Below are positions 51,295-59,098 of a stretch of DNA of 64,000 nt, in pieces. The notes under the pieces were generated by a model, which saw only the letters and a list, made by a program, of their open reading frames with translations, ran no database searches and was not told the DNA's origin. The stretch is from positions 24,443 to 88,442 of IMG/VR virus record IMGVR_UViG_3300032236_001304; one strand, 5' to 3'. Position 1 is the stretch's first letter. The number at the start of each line of letters is the position of its first letter. Source of the stretch: a virus. Made by a program: the position numbers and the translations under genes.

Positions 51295-52553
51295 TGAAAC
51301 AAAAAATTAATTTTTATTTTGATGATTTTTTTGATGATTTTACACCTGTACCAAACGGTGAAACAAAAGATAGTAAATTATTTGATTTTAGTATACCAGA
51401 TTATCATCAAATGGTTAAATCATCAAACTCACAAACAAATTTTAATGAGTTTTTAAATAATAGATTTACTAAAGATGGTAAAAATTATATTTACTACGAT
51501 TCAAATTATGAAATTTCATATTCAAATGAATTAAAAGAAGATGCTAAAAATTTATATTTGATAATGCCTAAAATGCATTTTTATGGATTAGATTCATATT
51601 TAGATTTTTATCAAACAAAATTAGAACAAGGATTTTTATTATTATTTGCATCTTTTCATGAAATTGGTGATTATAATAATTTTTATAATTGGATAAATAA
51701 TAATCAATATAAAGATAATATTATAATAATATCAATAGCTAGTAATTTACAATCGGTTGTAAATTGTAGATGTATATTTTTTCCATTTTTATTATATGAT
51801 TTTGGTAATGATTTTACATTTAATGATACAGAAAATACAGTATGTATTGAAGATGATTATTTAAATACATCAAAAGAAAAATTATTTGTAAGTTGGAATA
51901 AAAATACAAGAAGATTTCATAGGTTAATTTTTTATGAATTTTTAAAGTTAAATAATTTATTAAATAATTACGTTTCATTTTTAGATTTTCCTGAAAAAGA
52001 ATTATATTTGCATTATTTAACAGATCCAAATTATAGTACAGTAAGTTCTTATTTAAAAGATTATATAGAAAATGGAGCAGATCGAATTGATTTAGATTTA
52101 CATGGTATACCTAATAGTGAAGTACAATCATATGTTACAAATAGAAATAATCGAAAAGAATTTTATGCAAAATCATATTTCACAATTGTTACAGAAACAA
52201 ATTTTTATGAAAAATTTAATGTACTTACTGAAAAAATATTAAGACCTTTAGCAAATTTTCATCCATTTATAATAATAGGACCAGTAGGTTCTTATCAAAT
52301 TTTAAAACAGGTTGGATTTAAAATTCCAAAAATAATAGATTATGAATTAATTGATGAAACACATAATCCAAATTTAAGATTAATTAGAATATTCAAAGAA
52401 ATAAAAAAACTAATATCTTATTTGGAAACAAACGGAAAATTACCTAACTTTGATATAGAAGACTTATATCATAACCAAAATTTATTATTAAATACAAATA
52501 AAATAAATGGTTGGACAACTTTATATAGTCGAATATATAATATAATTAATTAA
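51294..52553 (+). CDS. Uncharacterised GT10-like protein, paralog 3
   Basis: FHE, FVSWNK...HR, IVTETNF...LTEKILRP...HPFI...GFK. Confidence 0.55.
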   Translation: MKQKINFYFDDFFDDFTPVPNGETKDSKLFDFSIPDYHQMVKSSNSQTNFNEFLNNRFTKDGKNYIYYDSNYEISYSNELKEDAKNLYLIMPKMHFYGLDSYLDFYQTKLEQGFLLLFASFHEIGDYNNFYNWINNNQYKDNIIIISIASNLQSVVNCRCIFFPFLLYDFGNDFTFNDTENTVCIEDDYLNTSKEKLFVSWNKNTRRFHRLIFYEFLKLNNLLNNYVSFLDFPEKELYLHYLTDPNYSTVSSYLKDYIENGADRIDLDLHGIPNSEVQSYVTNRNNRKEFYAKSYFTIVTETNFYEKFNVLTEKILRPLANFHPFIIIGPVGSYQILKQVGFKIPKIIDYELIDETHNPNLRLIRIFKEIKKLISYLETNGKLPNFDIEDLYHNQNLLLNTNKINGWTTLYSRIYNIIN

Positions 52554-52561
52554 TAAAAATA

Positions 52562-53506
52562 ATGAATAAAACAGTTTTAATAACAGGATGCAGTGGGTTA
52601 GTAGGAACTCATTTAACAAATATTTGTATATCTCGTGGATATAAAGTAATAGGAACGGATATTAAAAAATCTACAAATATAATAGAAGCTAAAAATTTTG
52701 TATTTGCATTTAGAGATTTAACCAAAGATGGTGAAATAGAAAAATTATTAGAGCAATATCAACCAGATGCAGTATTTAATTGTTTTGGTATTAAAGGTTC
52801 ACCTTTAAAAGCAAAAAATGAACCTGTTGATTTTCTATATCCATCATTTAAAATAAATACAGAACTTATTAATCAATGTTCAAAACGAGATATTTGGTTA
52901 GTATTTGTTAGTTCAGTTGGAGTATACGCTCCTGCAGAAAAATTTGTAGAAGATAGTGTATGGAAAACCCTCCCATCAGAAGCAGACTGGTTTCCTAGTT
53001 GGAGTAAGAGAATGGGTGAAATTTTATTAGAAGCATATAAGATTCAATACGGATATAAAAAATGGACAATCATAAGACCAGCAAACATATTTGGTGAATA
53101 TGATGACTTTAGTGGTAATGGTACAGTTATAGGAACTATGTGCAAAAAAGTATATGAAGCTACCGATTATTTAGATGTGTGGGGTGATGGAACACCAACT
53201 AGAGATTTTGTTTATGCAGCAGATGTTGCTGAGGCATTATTAAAAGCATGGGAAGATAAAATACATGATGTTGTAAATTTTGGTTCTGGTGAAACAATTA
53301 CTATTGAATCTATGATTAGAGCTTTATTAAAAATAGCACAAAAAGAAAATATTGATTTAGTATTTGATAATACAAAACCAAATGGTGATATGTGTAGACA
53401 AATGGATATTACAAAACAAAAAAAATATGATTTATTACCAATTCGTTCATTTGAATGTGGATTAGGAACAACATATGATTATTACATAAAAACATTAAAA
53501 AAATAA
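52562..53506 (+). CDS. NDP-sugar epimerase/reductase (GDP-L-fucose synthase-like extended SDR)
   Basis: ITGCSGLVG, SSVGVY, RPANIFG-x-x-D, VWGDGTPTRDFVY, KPNG; the catalytic YxxxK appears as PSWSK. Confidence 0.8.
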   Translation: MNKTVLITGCSGLVGTHLTNICISRGYKVIGTDIKKSTNIIEAKNFVFAFRDLTKDGEIEKLLEQYQPDAVFNCFGIKGSPLKAKNEPVDFLYPSFKINTELINQCSKRDIWLVFVSSVGVYAPAEKFVEDSVWKTLPSEADWFPSWSKRMGEILLEAYKIQYGYKKWTIIRPANIFGEYDDFSGNGTVIGTMCKKVYEATDYLDVWGDGTPTRDFVYAADVAEALLKAWEDKIHDVVNFGSGETITIESMIRALLKIAQKENIDLVFDNTKPNGDMCRQMDITKQKKYDLLPIRSFECGLGTTYDYYIKTLKK

Positions 53507-53507
53507 T

Positions 53508-54485
53508 ATGATAAATAAAGATGCAAAAATACTAATAACGGGTGGTTCTGGATTAGTAGGTCAAAACTTAACAAACCGATTACACAAGGAGGGTTACATA
53601 AACATTAGAGTTAATTTACACAAAAGAGGTGTAAGAAATCCAATTGAAGGAGTGGAGTATGTTCACTTTGATTTGAAAACATACGAAGGTTGTTTAGATG
53701 CAACTAAAGGAGTAGATGTAGTTTACCATTGTGCAGCAAGTACATCAAACGCAGTAGACACAGTAGTTGACCCTTTAGCACATGTTACACCAAACGTAGC
53801 AATGAACAATTTTTTAATTGATGCCAGTTGGAGAAATAAGGTTCAACATTACATCTTTTTATCATCTAATACAGTCTATCCACCAAAAGGAGATAAGCCA
53901 GTAGTGGAGACCGATTTCCTATTTGATGAACCATATCCTGTTTATTTCCCTGTGGGTTGGATGAAAAGATACGCAGAAGTTCAATGTGAGTTATATGCAA
54001 AGTATTTACCCGTTAAAATGAAATGCACGGTGATTAGACCTGCAAACTTATTTGGACCACATGATAAATATGATTTCAATAAGTGTCATGTGACTCCTGC
54101 AACAATTAGAAAAGTAGCAGATAAGATGGATCCAATTCCAGTGTGGGGTGATGGTAGTGAGTTGAGAGATTTATTATACATTGAAGATTTTGTGCAAGCA
54201 TTACAAATTGTAATGGAAAAAGAAAAAGAAGATTACCAAGTTTATAATATTGGTTCTAACAGAGTGTATTCAGTATTGGAAGTATTAGAAGCAATGAAAA
54301 GAATTGCAAACTTTGATGCACCAACTGAATTTATTAAGGGTAAACCTTCAATGATTCCGACTCGTAAAATTGATTCATTTAAGATTTATGATAACTTAGG
54401 ATGGCAAGCAACTACATCATTAGAAGATGGTTTAGCAAATGCATATGAATGGTATTTAGAACATAAAGATGAGTTTAATAATTAA
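53508..54485 (+). CDS. NDP-sugar epimerase/reductase (GDP-L-fucose synthase-like extended SDR)
   Basis: ITGGSGLVG, SSNTVYP, RPANLFGPHD, HV-x-PA-x-IRK, VWGDGSELRDLLY; YxxxK appears as VGWMK. Confidence 0.85.
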   Translation: MINKDAKILITGGSGLVGQNLTNRLHKEGYINIRVNLHKRGVRNPIEGVEYVHFDLKTYEGCLDATKGVDVVYHCAASTSNAVDTVVDPLAHVTPNVAMNNFLIDASWRNKVQHYIFLSSNTVYPPKGDKPVVETDFLFDEPYPVYFPVGWMKRYAEVQCELYAKYLPVKMKCTVIRPANLFGPHDKYDFNKCHVTPATIRKVADKMDPIPVWGDGSELRDLLYIEDFVQALQIVMEKEKEDYQVYNIGSNRVYSVLEVLEAMKRIANFDAPTEFIKGKPSMIPTRKIDSFKIYDNLGWQATTSLEDGLANAYEWYLEHKDEFNN

Positions 54486-55309
54486 TGAAAGGTATTTTAT
54501 TCATAGGTGATAGTTTTACTTGGGGACAAGGATTACATTATTATTCCGAATTAAATAATGTAGAATACATAACCCAAGAAATGCCAACATTTAGTATAGA
54601 ACACTTAACTAAAGCACATATTGATTTTAAAAATACATTAAGATTTCCAAGATTAGTAGCAAATCATTTTAATACATTTGAAATAACACGTGACGGAAAT
54701 GGTGGAGATGAAGATATATTAATTGAATATGGTAATTGGATTTTAAGTGAAGAATGTATTAATGGTAATCAAAGAATATTTAAAGATGATATATCATATC
54801 TTATATATCAAACAACCAGTCCATTTAGAAATGAATACTCTTTTGTATTAAACGGTGAGACGATAAAAATATCAAAACAAACAATAGATGAATATTTTAC
54901 AGGAATGATGGATAAACAACATTTAGTTGAAAAAATATTAAAACATATTTCTATTGAGTATAATAATGATATTGATGCATTTTTTGATAATCATATAAGA
55001 TTAAATTTAATTAGAATAAAAGAATTATTATTAAAATTTGAAAATGTTGGTATAAAAACTTACATATTAAATTGGTTACATTATTATGATAAATTTATTA
55101 AAGATGATAATTGGTTATTAGAAAAAACAATTAATATAGAATATAACAACGAAACTTTTTCTTGTTTTCAAGACGCTATTAACAAATATAGGGAATTAGG
55201 ATTATCAGGTGATACATCACTACCACCAAATCAAGATGGGCATCTTAGTAAACTTGGAAATAGATTAATTGCAGATTCAATTATTAAAAAAATACAAAAT
55301 AATATATGA
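54485..55309 (+). CDS. SGNH/GDSL-like protein (paralog 4)
   Basis: IGDSFTWGQGL, NGG, QTT-x-x-x-R, DGHLS-x-x-G-x-x-x-IADS. Confidence 0.7.
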   Translation: MKGILFIGDSFTWGQGLHYYSELNNVEYITQEMPTFSIEHLTKAHIDFKNTLRFPRLVANHFNTFEITRDGNGGDEDILIEYGNWILSEECINGNQRIFKDDISYLIYQTTSPFRNEYSFVLNGETIKISKQTIDEYFTGMMDKQHLVEKILKHISIEYNNDIDAFFDNHIRLNLIRIKELLLKFENVGIKTYILNWLHYYDKFIKDDNWLLEKTINIEYNNETFSCFQDAINKYRELGLSGDTSLPPNQDGHLSKLGNRLIADSIIKKIQNNI

Positions 55310-55367
55310 AAGGAATTATATTTGCAGGAGATAGTTTTACTTGGGGACAAGGATTACATTATTATTC
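54509..55367 (+). repeat. 38-bp exact direct repeat in the 5' ends of tandem SGNH genes
   Basis: GATAGTTTTACTTGGGGACAAGGATTACATTATTATTC at 54509-54546 and 55330-55367; a partial copy (AAGGATTACATTATTATTC) lies near 58060. Confidence 0.9.
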
Positions 55368-56169
55368 AGAATTACCAAACATAAATTCTGAAAATTTTCA
55401 ATTTGATATTAATTTATTAACTGAAGCACATTTACAATATATTAAACGAAATAGATTTCCAAGATTAGTGGCAGACCAATTTGATACATTTGAAGTAGTT
55501 AGAAAATTAAATGGTGGTGGAAGTTACGATATTATTGAATTTTTAGAAAATTTTGAAACATATAGAGATAGTGATAATTTAAATACCAAATCTTTTTCAT
55601 ATAGCGATATAGATTATGTTGTATTTCAATTTACCGAAACATATAGAGGACAATTATGTTTTTTAGATGATGAGGGAAAATATGGATGGATTAGTGCAGA
55701 TCAAAATGGCAATGGAGTGCATCCACCCCATTTTTTAAATTATTTAGAAAAATATTATAATTCTAATCCAAAATTATTTTTAGAAGATTATCCAAATATT
55801 TTATGTAAAAAAGTTGAAACCTTATTAAAAAATATTGAAGAAAAAGGTATAAAAACAATGGTAATTTCTTGGAGAAAAGATATAAAAGAAGCATTGTATA
55901 ATAATCCATTTTTAAAAGAAAGATTATTAAGTTTTAAACTTCATAATACAGAAGTTGATACTTTAGAAGATTTTGAACATGTTAGAGATGATAATTCATC
56001 AGGATATACAATACATACTGATTTATCATTAATAAATAAATTTGGCAAAATGATAGGAGATGGTCATGTTTCAAAAAGAGGAATTAAAATAATAGCAGAT
56101 TCAGTAATTAAAAAAATAGAAGAATATGAGCAGCCCACAATACACCCCATACAAAGACGCATTATCTAA
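55306..56169 (+). CDS. SGNH/GDSL-like protein (paralog 5)
   Basis: AGDSFTWGQGL, NGG, QFT-x-x-x-R, DGHVS-x-x-G-x-x-x-IADS. Confidence 0.7.
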   Translation: MKGIIFAGDSFTWGQGLHYYSELPNINSENFQFDINLLTEAHLQYIKRNRFPRLVADQFDTFEVVRKLNGGGSYDIIEFLENFETYRDSDNLNTKSFSYSDIDYVVFQFTETYRGQLCFLDDEGKYGWISADQNGNGVHPPHFLNYLEKYYNSNPKLFLEDYPNILCKKVETLLKNIEEKGIKTMVISWRKDIKEALYNNPFLKERLLSFKLHNTEVDTLEDFEHVRDDNSSGYTIHTDLSLINKFGKMIGDGHVSKRGIKIIADSVIKKIEEYEQPTIHPIQRRII

Positions 56170-56671
56170 TGCAATGACTAATTTAGCAGAATTAGAAGAT
56201 TCTGTTTTTATTGGACAGCAAATTGTTTATCAAGGTAATCCTATGAGTACAACATTAGGTGGTGTACCAAAAGATAAAATGATTGAAGTTCCAGTAATGG
56301 AAGAATCTCAAATGGGAATGAGTTTAGGAATGGCAATGGCAGGTAAAAGAGTTGTTACATTTTATCCTCGTTGGGATTTCATTATATGTGCTACAAACCA
56401 ATTAGTAAATCACGTTGATAAGATTGGATTAATGAGTGATGGTAAATGGAAACCAAACTTAATTATCAGATTGGGTAAAGGAAGTGATAAACCATTAGAT
56501 CCAGGTCATCAACACAGAGGTAACTATTTTGAAGAATTTAAATCAATGTGTAAAAATATTGAATTTCATGATTTAAAAACACCTACTGATATTGAATTAG
56601 CTTACAAATATGCAACAAAAGAAGGTGGAATTCATGTATTAGTAGAATATCCAGAATTATATTATGCTTAA
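56126..56671 (+). CDS. TPP-dependent enzyme, E1-beta/transketolase pyrimidine-binding subunit
   Basis: FIGQ, IEVPVMEESQMGMSLGMA, F-x-x-x-A-x-NQLVN, GHQH; 181 aa, lacking the transketolase C-terminal domain. Confidence 0.85.
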   Translation: MSSPQYTPYKDALSNAMTNLAELEDSVFIGQQIVYQGNPMSTTLGGVPKDKMIEVPVMEESQMGMSLGMAMAGKRVVTFYPRWDFIICATNQLVNHVDKIGLMSDGKWKPNLIIRLGKGSDKPLDPGHQHRGNYFEEFKSMCKNIEFHDLKTPTDIELAYKYATKEGGIHVLVEYPELYYA

Positions 56672-58016
56672 TTTATTGTATGATAAATGGGTATTAACTG
56701 TAAATTTTCCAAATTGCATATCTAAAGAAGTTTCAAATTATATAGAATTTGAATATCTTAAAGATCATTTAGAAGATTATAATTATACAGATGCATCTTT
56801 TAGATTAGGAGATATATTTGCGCAAAAACATAATAGTTGGCAAAATAATTTAGGATTTAAAAGACATAGTCCAAATATAAATTATATTACTTATAATGAA
56901 TCTACACAACTAGAAAATTGGATATATCCAATAGAACCATGGGGACATATAATGTATTCATTGAATTTATATTCTGAAGTAGAATATGCTAATTTTTTTG
57001 AATTAATACCTAAAAAAATAATTAAAGATATAAATAATGATAAAGGATTAATTGTTATAAATTATGCACATGAAGGGTGGATTAGTGATTTTTCATTAAA
57101 AGGATTTTATATGGGTATTAAAAATACCGGTATAAAAATTGATAATGTTGTATTAATGTTAAACGATTATAATTTAATTGATAAAATTAAAAAATTTAAA
57201 GAAGATTATAATATTAATAGTTTTCCAAAAATAATTAATTATTGTTATTATTTAACTGCATCTTCAAAACATTTTTATGATAAATACAAAGATAGTAATT
57301 TAAAAGCAAAAAACTATTTAGTAGATAAACCATTTAAATTTTTATGTTTAAATAGAAGATTAGAAACACATCGAGTAAAAATATTAACAGAATTATATGA
57401 TGAACTTAAAGATAATAGTTTAATATCATTTGATAAAACACTTATTACAAATGATGTTATTAATATGTTTGATGAAAACGCAGAAATAAAATATAAATTT
57501 GATAAATTACCAGAAAAAAGTATAGCAGATACTATTGATATTGCAGGAGCAAATGGTTATGCACATGAAGATTATTTAATTTATGCAGATAGTAAAATAA
57601 GTATAGTTACCGAAACTTCTTTTTATGATACAAATTCTTTTATAAGTGAAAAAGTATGGAAACCATTATTTCAATTTCATCCATTTATAATTGTAGGAAA
57701 ACCACATTTATTAAAATATCTTAAAGAAATTGGATTTAAAACATTTGATTGGTTATTTAATGAAGAATATGATAATATTGAAGATGACAATAAAAGAATG
57801 GATTTTATAATAAATGAAATTAAAAAAGTAAATAACTTAAGTAATGATGAAATTAATAATATTATTTACAAAAATTTTGATATATTAGAACATAATCATA
57901 ATCTATTAATAGAATTGGGTAGTAAAAGAGATGATATTGAAAAATTTATTTCTGAAAAAATTATAAAAAATAATTATACTTACATAGACATTTATAAAGA
58001 ATTAAATAAAATTTAA
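56664..58016 (+). CDS. Uncharacterised GT10-like protein, paralog 4
   Basis: HEG, FLCLNRR-x-x-x-HR, IVTETSF...ISEKVWKP...HPFI-x-x-G...LKEIGFKTF...EEYD-x-IED. Confidence 0.55.
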   Translation: MLNLLYDKWVLTVNFPNCISKEVSNYIEFEYLKDHLEDYNYTDASFRLGDIFAQKHNSWQNNLGFKRHSPNINYITYNESTQLENWIYPIEPWGHIMYSLNLYSEVEYANFFELIPKKIIKDINNDKGLIVINYAHEGWISDFSLKGFYMGIKNTGIKIDNVVLMLNDYNLIDKIKKFKEDYNINSFPKIINYCYYLTASSKHFYDKYKDSNLKAKNYLVDKPFKFLCLNRRLETHRVKILTELYDELKDNSLISFDKTLITNDVINMFDENAEIKYKFDKLPEKSIADTIDIAGANGYAHEDYLIYADSKISIVTETSFYDTNSFISEKVWKPLFQFHPFIIVGKPHLLKYLKEIGFKTFDWLFNEEYDNIEDDNKRMDFIINEIKKVNNLSNDEINNIIYKNFDILEHNHNLLIELGSKRDDIEKFISEKIIKNNYTYIDIYKELNKI

Positions 58017-58925
58017 ATGAAAGGAATTATATTTTCGGGTTGTTCATTCACATGGGGAGAAGGATTACATTATTATTCTGATACTAAAAATTTAATGTTT
58101 AGTAAAAATCAATTTTTTGATATAAGAGATTATTCTGATTCTCATATTAAATTTAAAGATGCTAATAGATTTGCAAGATTAGTTGCAAATAATTTTGATT
58201 CTTGGGAAGTTGTTAATGCATATAATGGTGGTGGTATTTCTACTAATATAGATTCGTTACAAAGAAAATTTGGAATTGAACCATACAATAATCTATATGA
58301 AATTAAATATAATATAAATGATATATCTGCTCTTATATTTCAAATAACAGACCCACTTAGAGGACCGTTTTATATAGAATCTAAAAAAATAAAAAATAAA
58401 ATATATTCATTTGACACAATAAATGTAACTGATATTGATTCTAATAATGATTTATTAGCAGTTTGTGAAGAATTTGGTGTGGAAAATTTTGAAGAAATAT
58501 TAATAGAACAACATTATGAAAAAATAAAAAAATTTTTATCTTATTTTGAAAGTAAAAATATTGTAACAAAAGTAATATGTTGGCAAAAAGAAGTAGCAGA
58601 AGAATTTTTAAAATATGATTTTTTAAAAGATAGATGGATAACAATTAATTATAAAAATGAAAATATGAATTCATTTGAAGAATTATATAATAGTAATGAG
58701 TTATTTAATAATCAAGGATATTTTTGGAAAAAATATAAAGTTCAATTTAATGATTTACATTTATCTACATTTGGACACCGAATAGTAGCAGAATCTATTA
58801 TTGATAATTTAGAAAATGATATTAATTTTATTAAATTACATTATAATATAACAAATAATAAATTTAATAAAGTACAAATATTTGAAGGAGCTCAATCTGG
58901 TGAAAAAAGAAACAAACTTATATAA
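58017..58925 (+). CDS. SGNH/GDSL-like protein (paralog 6)
   Basis: SGCSFTWGEGL, NGG, QIT-x-x-x-R, DLHLS-x-x-GH-x-x-VAES. Confidence 0.7.
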   Translation: MKGIIFSGCSFTWGEGLHYYSDTKNLMFSKNQFFDIRDYSDSHIKFKDANRFARLVANNFDSWEVVNAYNGGGISTNIDSLQRKFGIEPYNNLYEIKYNINDISALIFQITDPLRGPFYIESKKIKNKIYSFDTINVTDIDSNNDLLAVCEEFGVENFEEILIEQHYEKIKKFLSYFESKNIVTKVICWQKEVAEEFLKYDFLKDRWITINYKNENMNSFEELYNSNELFNNQGYFWKKYKVQFNDLHLSTFGHRIVAESIIDNLENDINFIKLHYNITNNKFNKVQIFEGAQSGEKRNKLI

Positions 58926-58963
58926 AAAGGTTATATTTATAAATAATTAATAAAATACATATT

Positions 58964-59083
58964 ATGATACCGTTTTTTACAAAATTAAAAAAGTTATACA
59001 AAACTTGGAAATTAAAAAGAGAGTTCAAAAAGAAAATAAAAGAACTTAGAAAAAGAGATCCATTCATCTATAAGAATGTTTAA
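58964..59083 (+). CDS. 39-aa basic microprotein (absent from the ORF track)
   Basis: Manual translation: MIPFFTKLKKLYKTWKLKREFKKKIKELRKRDPFIYKNV*. Has its own TATTTATA box (58934-58941) and fills the largest apparent intergenic gap in the window. Confidence 0.7.
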   Translation: MIPFFTKLKKLYKTWKLKREFKKKIKELRKRDPFIYKNV

Positions 59084-59098
59084 TGTATATTTATACTT

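Noticed and set aside
47934-56671. Pyruvate dehydrogenase as a central-metabolism auxiliary gene
   Set aside because: Both subunits are truncated relative to E1, no E2/E3 is in the window, and the context is nucleotide-sugar biosynthesis.
30568-58925. Bacterial O-antigen/capsule locus, i.e. host DNA flanking a prophage
   Set aside because: No flippase, polymerase, exporter or initiating transferase; seamless packing with phage genes on both sides, the same promoter box on both flanks, and no integrase or att-like boundary seen.
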